From Octopus sinensis (lineage: Eukaryota), in contig NC_043000.1 in NCBI RefSeq assembly GCF_006345805.1, positions 81,716,001-81,780,000 on the forward strand: a stretch of 64,000 nt of DNA, written 5' to 3'. This document shows, one piece after another, positions 27,673 to 40,608 of the stretch. The notes under the pieces are model-generated. The model was not told the origin of the DNA. It ran no database searches and worked only from the letters and a program-made list of their open reading frames with translations. The stretch's first letter is position 1. Each line of letters begins with the position of its first letter. Both the position numbers and the translations under genes were made by a program.

Positions 27673-28344
27673 TGTATGATCATTTTGGCAAAATGTTTTA
27701 CATCTATTTCCTTACAGCTTTACTAAAGCATGACTGCTGTGGTCTTGAATGAAAGAAACAAATTTCTGTTTTATAGCCAGATGTTGAGTAATTCTGTTGA
27801 GATCTGGGAGGAGACACTTTCCTCAAAATCAAGAGGATGAACACTTTCACCAACATCTGATTGGAAATGAAGAGGGGAAGGTGCACTTTTGCCGAAATCT
27901 GGAGAGGGAAACACTACTTTCATTGAGATTAACCATTTCCAGTAATGATTTTACTTAATCCTTGAGTGACTATAAAAATGTGTAGTGGGGATGGTAAGAA
28001 AATACTAAAATGTGAAATAATGATAATGAACCTTTTTTTTTTTTTCTCAAATTCAGAATCAAAGTAACTGGCAATGAAATGGATTCAACTAGGGAATGAA
28101 ATTATCACAGACTCAAAACTAGCAGTGGTTTCATCTTTTCTCCATAATTGTCAAGTTCAATGGTGATAATGTTAACAATGACAATCATAGTGATGATAAA
28201 AGGCTAAGATCAGAACGGTGATAATGACAATGAACAATAAGATAAAATCTATTACTTTTTCCTTTTCAATTTCTTTTTCTTTTTTAAGTAAACACAAATA
28301 CAATTGAGTACTCTTTGGGTGAATATGAGTTTCAATTCATAATA

Positions 28345-28658
28345 CTGGTACATAAAAGGCACCATTTGAGCGTGATCATTACCAGTGTCACCTTACTGGC
28401 ACCTGTGCCGGTGGCATGTGTAAAAAAGATTCGAGCAGGTCGTTGCCAGTACCGCCTAACTGGCCCCCGTGCCAGTGGCACGTAAAAAGCACCCACTACA
28501 CTCTCAGAGTGGTTGGCATTAGGAGGGGCATCCAGCTGTAAAAACTCTGCCAGATCAAGATTGGAGCTTGGTGCAGCCATCTGGTTCGCCAGCCCTCAGT
28601 CAAAACTGTCCAACCCATGCTAGCATGGAAAGCGGATGTTAAACGATGATGATGATGA
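28345..28658 (+). mobile_element. RTE-type 3' terminal fragment (related subfamily)
   Basis: cacccactacactctcagagtggttggcattagg...tccaacccatgctagcatggaaagcggatgttaaacgatgatgatg. Confidence 0.85.
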
Positions 28659-28989
28659 ATACCTCACTGTCATGCACTTAACCTTAACATATAAACACAA
28701 ACACAGAACCTTAATTACATCATCTACTCTCCACGCCATCCATTCTAGGTCTTTCTACTCTGCCACTGTTAAAGGAATAAATCAAATTAAACCCAGTAAA
28801 GAAAGAATTGAAAGTTACAATGCATGAAACAGTGTCATTGTGAGTGAACTGGTGATGCCAAACAACTAATTAAACAAGATGTAACTAACCATAATATAAT
28901 GAGAGGAAACACACACAGAGGATACACAGCTACATACACACACACACAGACATAAGTATATAAAACACACACACATAACACAAGTACAG

Positions 28990-29025
<36 letters not shown>

Positions 29026-32000
29026 CATACATACAAACACACATACACACACAGTCTTCCTGCATGTAACAGAAGCTAGAGTTGAGTTAAATCACTGGGC
29101 CTGGGGTTTGTTAGTCTGGGGAAATTTTGGTAAATGAAGACTATTTGTGAAACAAAATGGAAATAGTTCTGCTAATGGCACACACGTATTCAGGCAACCT
29201 AACACGCATACATGATCCTATGTACATAAATAGAGGTAGAGATACATACACAAACACACACACAACTGCTGCACACATTTGTTTATATCTCTAAATATAG
29301 AACAATAACCTTGTTTTTTTTTTCTTTTTGCTGTTATAATTAATCTACAAAATATCTACAATGAATTAGCTGGACATTATACTTTGCACCATCATGCACC
29401 AAGCAAATACACCTTCCCCATCTGCAATCCAGTCACCAACCAAACCTTTTATTATAAATCGACAAAAAAAAAAAAAAGAGAAAAACAGACTGGGCAGCAA
29501 AACATGTGTAAACTGCTTCACAACCATGCTACATAGGGTTTTTATCCATGTGATAAAGCATGGTATTTTTTTCCACCCACCAACAACATGCAAGCATGGT
29601 AAATTGCTAACACAGCTTCCTAAACCACATACCTTGACACTGCAACATTGGCATGTTGCTTGCTTGCACTGATACACAGTGGTTGGCAGCATAAGAGGTC
29701 AACAGCTTTAAACACTGGGTATGCAGTGGTTAGTTAAGCTGTGTGTAGAGTCCATTATGATACAGGGGTGGGGAAGAAATCGAGTCAATTTCTGATCGCT
29801 GCACTTCCCTGCACACAACCAACTACTGCATAACAATTTAGTGTAGTTTCCAGTTCAAAATAGGAACTCAATAGATCAAAAGTACTGAATTTCTTGGTGA
29901 CTTCAAAAAAATCAAATCAGCAACTTCCACAACACCAGCACACTGTGCCATAGAGTGATTTTGTTACAGGAATGCAGTGTGACAAGGACATTACTAAGGA
30001 AGTCTATGGCTGCCACACTTTACTTTTCATGAATAACCAGTACAGGCAGAATGTGCATTTCAACATATTTGAAGTTTTGTATTTAAGGGTTACTTCTAAG
30101 CAACCTCTATGTTATAGGTGTAGTCATGCAGAATGAGTAAGAGCACGTTGACACTGCCAGAGGCTACACCCTAAACAAGTAATCTACTATTGCATGACAG
30201 ATTGTACAATGTAACTCTAGACCAGACTGAGGTGTAGTATATCCAAGGTCATGGCCCTATGATGTTATTCCTCTTAGAGAATTTAATCAACTGCTTTTCT
30301 ACGTATACCCCAGCAGAGCTGACCAAGTAGTTCCTAAAAGACAACTTAGCACCCAATGAAACCAAAAATTTTTTTAAAAAATCAACAAACAATAAATAGG
30401 AAAACTTACCACGTCATTTAAGGTCTGCTTCTTAAAACAAGGAAAAGAAATATATAAGTATATTTATTATACAGTAGACACCATATTCATCTATTACTTT
30501 TGAAAAGCTAATGTAGGAGGCCCATACTACAGAAAGGAGCTTACTCCAATTTCCTTAGCATTAAATAAGTAACAGACATGCCAGCTTGTCTTTCAAGTTT
30601 CCAACCCCACAAAGTTAGCAAGTCAAATATAATCACCTTCTTCAGAGGGAGTGGGTTCTACAGATGACCAAACCACAATGGTCATCACACAACTTACCAA
30701 ACCTGCTTCTTCATAATCTACCTCATCTGTTATGTGTGAGATGTTAAAGAGAAGCGTGAGCAGGTGCCCTCCAAATTACCTGTACTTTATATCTACATCT
30801 GATGATCAGTATAGAGCTGAGGAAGACTAATGCAGCCACTCAGCCTGCTAGAAATAGCAGCTAAATCTTCCTCCAGCATCAGCTGTGAGAAACTATGCAG
30901 TTATTCCACCTGTACAGTTTTCCACAGCCAAATCCTCTTCAAATTACTGTCTTAAATGAATGAAATACCACAGACAATGTAGTAATGTAGTGAAAGATAG
31001 ACAGACAAAATGTTCACAGTTGGAATGCCTCACATCAAAGTGCTGCAGGATCAAGGCAGACATAAGGTTAAACAATAACATCTGCTGGGATATTGGGAGG
31101 ATTCTGGGACCACTACTCCCACCCCTTTTGCACCTGTACCAACCAATGGCGAGGATTTTGTTATTACAAATAAGACAGCATAGGACTCATCATCCCATTT
31201 ACATATGAATGAACCACCATCCTACCAAGTGACACTAACGTAACCAATACTGATCACATTATTTTCTATAAACTTATACTGTTATTGCTATGTCAAATGA
31301 AGCTTTCCATACCTTTGGAGGAAAAACTGAATTTGGGGAAAGATGTCTTTTTTTTTTGTTTTGTTTTCCTATTTGTAATGTTTACATCATTATCATTATT
31401 ATCAAAACTGATCTTGCTATTGCTCTTGTCACTGAAAATTATTAATTGTTTTATGTATCATTGAAACAACCAATGAAATGACTGATGGCAGTGCCCGTTT
31501 TATAGCTTGGCAGTCTGGGGTAAGTAGAGTAATGTTGCTGTTGATTAACCCAAATCTGTTCTATTTTAAGCAAATCAATTGCACAAAAGTAACCCATGAA
31601 AGTAGCAGTGTGCAGTACATTAGTTATGGGATGCTTTGAACATATGACCTTGCAATCAGCAGTTAAATGCATAAATTCCCACAACCACCTCATTTGTTCC
31701 CCATTAGCTTGAGCTTGACGGTATATGATCATAAAACGATATCCCACCATATATATTAAATCCTGAAAGACCCCTCAAGAGTTAGGGCTTAGAGACGGTT
31801 TCTCAGAAGGAATTAACTATAAAATTATGCATCTTTTAGGATATGATGCCAATAACTCTATTTCAAACCCTTAAAGCTCATATTTTATCAAACTCTTTAC
31901 AAAAGGGTACCACTTGCTTAAAACCCTGGTCAGATTCTTAGGGAGAGGGTGTTTATTGAAGTTTGAGGTCCTTTTATTGAATCAAGTTTAGAACAGACCA

Positions 32001-32579
32001 TTGTATTTCTATTAAATCACAAGGATAAAACAGTAGTCTTACAAGTTAACTTTCTTTAGCCACCACAAGAACCGACTAACAAATAGTTTCATCCATGAAA
32101 GCAGAGTTAATTCTCTTGCACAATGTTTATGACACATATAATAATCTGCAGCAGAATAAAAACATTCACTGGGCACACAATGTATAAAGTCTTTGTGTTG
32201 TGCATTCACATGTTAACACACACACATACGCAAACACTTATGCCACTCGCAAGCCATATGAACTCATTAACATGATTTAATTAACAACAGTATTTTAATT
32301 AAATATCCTATTTAAAACCTACACTCAAAAGTCTAACACAGACCTGGACATTGTTATATTCCATATCCTTCTATTAAGAAGTCAGCTGTGATCAGCTGGT
32401 TGAGCCTTTTGCTGAGCTGACATTTAGTGTTCATGAATGTATATATTATACATCCATTCACATATTTTGTATACAATTGTGTGAAGCAGGTCAACAAATC
32501 AAAACAAAAGCAGAATGACCTAAGAGTGCTTACAAAGGACAACAATTTCCCCCTCATTCCTAACCCAAACATAATAATA

Positions 32580-32790
32580 ATAGTTTCAAATTTTGGCACA
32601 AGGCCAGCAATTTCTGGAGAGGGAGCAAATCAATTACATCGATCTCAGTGTTCAACTGGTACTTATTTTATCATACCTGAAAGGATGAAAGGCAAAGTTG
32701 ATCTCAGTGGAATTTGAACTAAAAATATAAAGATGGATGAAATTCCACTAAGCATTTTGCCAGATATGGTAACAATTCTGCCAGCTTGAT
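32580..32790 (-). mobile_element. SINE family A copy, inverted
   Basis: Reverse complement of the family A sequence (actggtacttattttatc..aaaggatgaaaggcaaagttga..ttctgccagctt). Confidence 0.8.
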
Positions 32791-33719
32791 GCAGTTGTAG
32801 TAGTAGTGTCATTAGTAGGGAAGTGAATTGATAGAAACAGAGCTTACAAAATGCTTTGTGGTATTTGTTTTGGCTCTTTATATTCCACATTCAGACTCCA
32901 GCAAAGTCAACTTTGCTTTCATACTGCTAGAGTTGAGAACTGGGTGCGACAAAATCAACTAATCCTTCACCTTAAAGTTTTAGCCTTGTTACAAACAAGT
33001 TTTTTTATTATTATATAAGTTTATGATGATTGCCTTCCTTTAATTGAGCAGGTAAGGTAGTTCTCCTCTGCTTGATGGCTAGGGTGAAAGAGGTTTAGTG
33101 GACAAGGTTGAAAGGTGCGAGGACAGAGACATTCCAGTTTGGTAGAACCCTCACTGACATTTTCAAGCTTCACTTAAGAAAGTGCAGTCCTTGAGTGAAT
33201 TTATTGAAAAGTGGGTGGAAGTTGTATAAATGACAAAAGTAGATAGTACCACTCTAAGTACAGACCTGTAAGTCAGAGAATGAGAATTGGAGAGGGCTCT
33301 TTCCTTTGGAGTTTAGGGAGACCTTGGATAGTAGGGTTCCTCGATTATTCCTAGAAGTCCTCTTATAACAGGAGGAGCACATCACCATCATCCCTTTTTT
33401 CTCTTTTTACTGTTGTACACAATGTACACTTCTCTTGTTTGTCTTATTGTATACTCTGTTTACCTTCTATATATAATTTTTTTCTCATTTCCTTATATGT
33501 AAACCCCAACATTATGTCTGTCTTTGTATAGTCCACTTCATCCTTTGCCCTGGTGGGAAAATTTTAAAAATCATTATAAGTTTATAATAATTATATTAAT
33601 TTAATTTTTTTTCATCCTTTCATTGTATGTAAATCCCTACTTTATGTCAGTTATTCTGATGTTCCCCTCCTCGTCTGTTGCCCCAGTAGCAAATAAAAGA
33701 AATCATTATTATTATTACT

Positions 33720-33978
33720 AAGGTGGTGAGCTGGCAGAATTGTTAGCATGCTGAGCAAAATGCTTAGCAACATTTTGTCTGTCTTTAAGTTGAGTTTAAA
33801 TTCCACTGAGGTCGACTTTGCCTTCATCCTTTCGAGGTCAATAAATTAAGTACCAGTGAAACACTGGAGTCAATGTAATTGACTACTTCCCTCCTCCAAA
33901 ATTTCAGGCCTTGTGCCTATAGCAGAAAGGATTATTATTATTATTATTATCATTATTACTACTACTACTACTACTACT
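33720..33978 (+). mobile_element. SINE family A copy with (ATT)n(ACT)n tail
   Basis: Homologous to 12763-12980. Confidence 0.85.
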
Positions 33979-34631
33979 GAAGGTGATGGATAATAAAATT
34001 GGTATAAAAGTATTTAAGTGAAAGACTAAATCTGTTGCTCAGTTTAATACTTCCAGTCTGGCCCATGCATGTTCACACTGTTGTCAATCAGGGATCAAGT
34101 CTGAGAATCAATTTCTCTCTTCCTTCCACCACCAATCTTGATGGCTTCATACAAGGTCAACAACGCTGCTCTTCTTTTGCTGATTTTGAATTCAAATCCT
34201 GCCATATGTAAAATTAACTGCACTTTTTATCTTTCTGGAGGATTCAACAAAACAAAAACCAGTCAGATACTGGGGCCACTTTAATGCATTATGTCTAGCT
34301 TACCCTCTCCACATATGTTGTAAAATTGGCTATACAATAGAAATCCTGATTGTTGAGTCAACAATTTGACATATTTAGAGAGAAGAGCTAGCAACCCCTA
34401 TGTTCAGCATATTACATATTCCAAGTTGTATGTAATCCGTTATTGAAATCCTCTCAGAAACACGCACACACAATTCAATGACTGTTTGAATTCAACTTAA
34501 ATTGCAGTAATTGTCTAGCTCAAGGTTAGATTCAAATGAGCAAACCTATATAATCAAAGTCATTCCAGCTGTGACCATCCTGTTTTGGAGAAAGCCTTGG
34601 ACAGGGCCCCCACTCCCTTATCTGGTGGGCA

Positions 34632-36530
34632 GTGTGGAAGCTATGGATAGATGAGTGGTTGGCAAGAGCTGCACAAGCCATCTACAAGGATGCTGTTAGC
34701 AAGGTGAAAATCAGCAATGAGTATAGCAACAAATTTAGTGTACAGGTAGGAATTCACCAAAGACTGGTTCTTAGCTCCCATCTTGTTTTTCATAGTCCTC
34801 CAGGCTATAACAGGAATTTAACACTGACTGCCCTTGAGAGCTCCTCTATGTTGATGACCGTGTTCTTATAGCAGAATCACTACCAAACTAGAGAAGAAAT
34901 TTCAAGTGTGGAAAGAAAGTCTGGAATCAAAGGTTCTTAGAATTAATTTACCAAAGACCAAAGTCCTAGTAAGTAGAACAGACAATTACTAATCCCTTCA
35001 GGGAGATGGCCCTGTTCGATACATAGAAAGGGTATAGGTAGAAATTCCATACAGTGTACCCAGTGCAAGCCATAGATACATAAAAGGTGTAGTGGTATCA
35101 CAGGAAGATTAACAGAGAAAGTAGTCAATAAACACTAAGAATGTACAGAAAATAGACTTCCACCAATGTACAGAGAGGTCCTTAGAAGTAGTAGATAGCT
35201 TCCGTTATCTAGGTGACCAAGTTGGCAGGGGAGGATGACGCTCTGAAAGAGTTGCTAGAAAAAGAACGGGCTGGGCAAAGTTCAGAGAGTTCTACCTTTG
35301 TTTGTGAAAAAGGGCCTCTCCCTTAGAGTGAAAGGCAGTGTATGATGCCTGTATTTGGACAGTAATGCTACATGACAGGGAAACGTGGGCTGTGACTGCA
35401 GAGGACACCTGAAGACTTGAAAGAAATAAAGCCAACATGCTCTGCTGGATGGGTAACATCAGTGTGTGTATACAACAGAGTGTAAATGATTTAAGAGAAA
35501 AATTGAGTATAAGCAGCATCAGATGTAGCATATAAGAGAGAAGAATGTACTGTTATGGTTGTGTGGTGCATATGAATGAGGACAGCTGCATAAAGAAGTG
35601 CTGATCTCTAATTGTGGAGGGAACCTGTGGAAGGGGTGGACCCAGCAAGATGTAGGATGAAGTGGTGAGAAACTATCTTCAGATGTTGAACCTTACTGGG
35701 GAGAAGACAAGGGTCTGAAACGTCTAGCAATTTGCTGTGCTTAAGAAAACAAATCAAGCTAAGTAAAATTGAAGCACGTCCTTTACAGACATGCTCCCCA
35801 CCACCACCACACACACACTCTATCTCTCTTCTATCAAAACTTCTCCACAACCAATTTTCCTAATATCCCTACCACTCACTGCAGGCCCCTCCAGTTTCCC
35901 TTACACACTTCACCAGCTGTAACATCCCCACCATTCTCCTACATGTGCCTATCTGCACACTCTCCATGTCCTCCAATTTCTCTCCACCCCACTCCAATTT
36001 CTTTCACCATCACTTGCTACAGTCATATCTTCCTCATTCAGAATACCCCTCAATCCACTCTGTACTACTTATACTCTCCCCAGCTGCTCCCTGTGGGTAG
36101 GACCCAATACTTTTCCAACACCCTCTATTCTCTCTCTCTCTCTCTCTCTCTAACAGTCTTCCACTTTCTCTTTCCTTGTCCTACTGGAAGTTGCCAAGTA
36201 TCCCAATAGTAAGACAACTATTTCTGTCCCTCTATTATACTCTAACCATTTGCCTAGCACACAGCGACTTCCTTCATTTCCACTCTCTCTGTCAGCAAAC
36301 AGGCCTCTGTCTTGAAAACTACTTGGTAACCCCATTGGTGCTGGTGCCATGTAGAAAGTACCTGTGCTGGCGTCACATAAAATCACCCAGTACACTCTGC
36401 AAAATAGTTGGCATCCAGTCACAGAAACCTTGCCAAATAATGACAAGTGAAACCTGGTGCAGCTCCCCAACTCTTGTCCAAATGTCCAACCCGTGCCAGC
36501 ATGGAAAACAGATGTTAAATGATGATTAAG
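34632..36530 (+). mobile_element. Older degraded RTE copy (RT 34632-35760, pyrimidine-rich UTR, terminal domain 36320-36530)
   Basis: IDEWLARA..AIYKDAVSKVK, LLYVDD, ESKVLRINLPKTK, decayed Cys finger at ~35011-35127; ends ccagcatggaaaacagatgttaaatgatga. Many stops and frameshifts. UTR continuity is inferred. Confidence 0.85.
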
Positions 36531-37879
36531 ATGATAATGACACAATGAAACTAGAAGTACTTAATCTAACATGCCCCTTTTTTTTATTCTCTTTCTTTTT
36601 TAAGACAGTAAATTGTGATTTGAGAGAGATTTAGTAACTATTTCTGGCATGATGAATAATTACATAGTAGCCCTCTGACTCAAAGTACATTGAAGCCAAA
36701 ACATTTGGTTTATTTGGAAAGATTCTCCACTTTTGCACTGACTACTTCATCAGTGCATGGTATCTAAACAAGACAATAGCAGCACTGTTCTTCTTACCAA
36801 GCATGAATCTAATGATTGCTGGCAGACTGAAAGCTGGCTTTTCTTAAGACATTCCTGCTAAGATGAATTTGCTGTTCTAAAAATAAAATGTGAGGAAATG
36901 ATTTGAAAAATTGGTATTAATCAATTCTTCTTGGATGTTCCAAAGCAACGGTTAGGAGAACTAAACTGTCTGAGAAAATTTCTATCAAAGGAAAAATTAT
37001 ATGAATATGTCTGCCAATACTGTTCCAGAATTTCAGTAAGTGAGAAAATAAGTCAGTGGAACATTTAAGCATAGTTAGAGAAAATATGAAAGATGAAATG
37101 ATTTCTTGGGTAGATTTATATATTTATTTATTTTGGAAGAATTTAATAAAGATTAGCAGGATATTTGCCGAAAATCAAGTAAAATTTTCTCTTACATGAG
37201 ATAGAATCAATAGATCCTACTTTATAATTCCACTACCCCACCACTATTTACTGACTAACAAAATAGGAAAAGAAAATTTTAGCAAGTCAAACTGTCTTTT
37301 TTTTATTTCTTTGTATGAATTTATTTCTTAAATTATAAATAAATTTAATTTTAAAACAATCGAGTTTGTATTTAGAAAGGAATTTTACACAAGCAAAAAG
37401 ACATATCCTCACACATAAACATCTCAAAGACGTGCATACACAAGTTTATCACAAAAACACAATTACACAGATGCATGCACATATCTCTCACACATACACA
37501 CACACAAACACCAAAAAAAAAAAACACAAACCAAATTGATTAGCAACAGATTCATTTAGCAGATCAAAGATAAGTCTCCCACAGAATAGGGCACCAATAT
37601 ATCACTGATAGTATTCCCAGGTGATTTGGTTACCTATTCCAAAATGCTAGGTGAACTTGGTAACAAAATTAAGTGTATTGCCATAATACACAGCAAAATC
37701 CTTGCAATGGAGTTGAACTCAATATGAGTAAATAGACCAGTATCCTATCCACACAGCCAATGTGTTTCTGCTATGTTTACATATTTGGATGGCTCAATCA
37801 TAGAGAATTGTATCATGCATCTCACTCAACAATCACCTCATCTATGATGACCTAACAGGTTTTGGTTCAAACTAAATGC

Positions 37880-38330
37880 TGTTTCTTTAAAGTCTTCATC
37901 CAGCTCTGCTTCATGGAACTATCCTCTACCATTTCAAGTGCATTTATACTCACCACATACCCTCTGTGTACATCACATGTCCATACCAGCATAGTGACAT
38001 TGTCTTCTGTACTGATTTTCCATGGTTGCCTAGCCACTTCCTCAATCCACTTGTACAATACAGACTTTCATTGTAAATCAACACAGTGCATCCAACAGGT
38101 AAGCCAGTGCAGATCCTCTGCACTTGCCATACCCCAAGTTTCATACTCAGAGCAACAGCATGCTTCTTATACATACCTACCTTATATACACTGCAGTTTT
38201 GTAGAGAGAGAGAAAGAGAGAGTGAACCAATCTCTTCTATGGCCAACAGATGCTAGTGGGCTCCTCTCGAATTTATCCACTCCTGTCCCTGCCTTTACCC
38301 TAACCTCAGTGCATTTACTGAAAGCATTTC
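37880..38330 (-). mobile_element. Probable ancient RTE 3' ORF remnant
   Basis: SLCWYGHVM resembles the RLRWYGHV motif; otherwise heavily decayed. Confidence 0.35.
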
Positions 38331-38628
38331 CAGCATTTTACATCCCATTTGATGTTCGCTTTTTCTTTTAGCTCACTGTCACTTAACTCTTCGGTCCATG
38401 CCGTAACACCTAATGGAACCATACAGAATTTCTTATTCACCAGTCATCGCAGACTCTCTCACCATAATGACCAACACACTCAAAGGAGGACAAAAAGATC
38501 AAATTTATTCCTTCTATTAAATGTTAGGAAATAATTTTATATTTAAATGGTCAAGAAGCATTTAATGCATGGAAGGAATAAACTAAAATAGAGAAGTAAA
38601 GAAAAAACAAAAGGAAAGATCTTTTTAC

Positions 38629-38790
38629 TTTTCTGATTCTTCTTTCTTCTGCTCGTCGCTTTTTTAATCTTTGTCTGTCTCTCTCAAAATCTTCAACCAT
38701 TTCAATGCAAGGTAGCAGATTTTCTCGTGGTTCCCATGTGTCATTTGATGATGGATAACCAACCCAACGGACTTTATAACGCTCTTTTCC
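38629..38790 (-). CDS. Internal coding exon: C-terminal part of a chromodomain (CDY/MPP8-like) plus basic helix
   Basis: Acceptor tttcttctAG| and donor AAA|GTAAAA; 162 nt, phase 0/0. Translates GKERYKVRWVGYPSSNDTWEPRENLLPCIEMVEDFERDRQRLKKRRAEERRIRK, with chromodomain hallmarks Y-x-VRW-x-GY, DTWEP, L-x-C, DF. Absent from the ORF track (too short for it). Confidence 0.9.
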
Positions 38791-38805
38791 CTAGAAGAAA
38801 GAAAA

Positions 38806-38838
<33 letters not shown>

Positions 38839-38850
38839 ACAACAACAACA

Positions 38851-39192
38851 TGCCTGTTAATTGATATGACAGTGCCTACTGATAGAAAGAACTCAGCAAA
38901 GGAATTTGAAAAACATGAAATATAAGGACCTTGAGATTGAGATATCTAAGACATGGAAATTAAAACCCAAAACTATCCCTGTTGTTGTAGGTGCCTGGGA
39001 ATGGTCAAGAAAAGTACCAAAACATTTTTTTACCAGATCCCTGGGAAACCAACAATCTATGAGACTTAAAAAGCTGTGTTGACATCAATCACCCACATTC
39101 TCAGGAAGTTACTCTCCCTCTAATATATATGTGCCTGAGGTCTCAGGTTGAGACCTGGTTGGAAGATGAAATAAAATGCAAATCAATTGGAA
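38851..39192 (+). mobile_element. R4/Dong-clade non-LTR 3' fragment (restriction-like endonuclease C-terminus and 3' UTR)
   Basis: CLLIDMTVPTDRKNSAKEFEK..KYKDLEIEISKTWKLKPKTIPVVVGA(L)GMVKK..HILRKLLSL* (stop 39121-39123, two frameshifts); flanked on both sides by (AAT)n. Confidence 0.85.
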
Positions 39193-39253
<61 letters not shown>

Positions 39254-40566
39254 TGATGATGATGATGATGATTTATCATAACCTCATATTTTTTCAAATT
39301 TAGATACTCTTTTGATCTTGTATTCTTTTACTACTGTGAGTTAGTTCTGTGCTCTCTAAGTTCAAATCACAACAAGGTAACCATTGTCTTCCATTCTTTC
39401 AGTACCAGTCATGTGCTGGAGTCAATTGTTCTCTCTCTCATTTTTTCTTTCTGTCTCTTTCTTTCTTAAAGAAATCAGCTATGATCAGACCTAGAAAGAG
39501 ATGGATTCCACTAGGTCTTAAAAAGTGCCTATGACAGGCCAGATGTCATGACAATGACCCAACAACTACATCAGAGCATAGAGGCTCAAGGCAAGGTTTG
39601 TGTATAAGTAAAGACATACATTCTACAAAACATGTCTTTACTAGTTCAAAAATGGCATAAACCTACCCTAAATTGTTCAAGAAAAGATTTGAAGTAAATT
39701 AACAAGAATTTAGAGCTACATCTATAGTGTATGTGCTAGAAATGGAAGAGATTTAAAAAACCAAAATTATTCCATACAAAACAGATACAGGCAAATACCT
39801 TTGTAAATTTAGGACAAAACAAATATGTATAAAATAACATCAAAATGAAATGACAGCGATGACATCATCAGTATTAACCAAAGACAAGAATGTACCACAT
39901 ATCAACCTTGTTTCATTGTTATGTCACTCACTTCAAAGCAAACTCATTTTTTTTGCAATGCAGTGATGTCAAACAGCTTGTTATACACAGACATACACAT
40001 ATTCTCTCTCTCCCACCTCCCTCTAAGAAACTGACTCCATTCAGTTATACAATCAGTTCTATGCAGCAATATCATTTTATGTCTGCTTTCATGCCAGCAT
40101 GATTTTGACAGAGTTTTACAGTCAGATTCAGGCTCTTATTTGGAGTTGTTAACTTCTTGTTCCCTCATTCATTCCATTTTTCACATATGCCAACCATTTC
40201 AGCAGTTTACTGTGGTACCAGCATTAGATTACAGAGGTTGTCATGTCTACACACACACAGAGTAGCAGCAGGGTTTAAACAGTCTTGTTGCATAGCACCT
40301 TAAGCAAGTATCTTCTGCCATAGCCTTAGGTTAATCTTATGAGCAGAATTTCATAGACAGAAATTGTGAAGAGCCTGTTGTATGGGGGGGGGGGGTTGTG
40401 TCCCTCTATGTCTCTTTGTAGTTCAACAAATCAAGATCAATAGAATAAGTATCAGACTGAATTAAGTACTGGGGTCAATATGATGAGTTAAGTCCTTGAA
40501 GGACAGCTAAAATTCAAAGCACTAAAAGAAAAAACGCAAAAATTACACATTGACCTTTTATATTTA

Positions 40567-40606
<40 letters not shown>

Positions 40607-40608
40607 TA

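Noticed and set aside
27750-27900. Protein-like minus frame (FPSPDFGKSAPSPLHFQSDV...)
   Set aside because: No compatible splice sites in that frame and no recognisable homology.
29758-29790. hAT-like terminus caggggtggggaa
   Set aside because: No matching second TIR or 8-bp TSD found.
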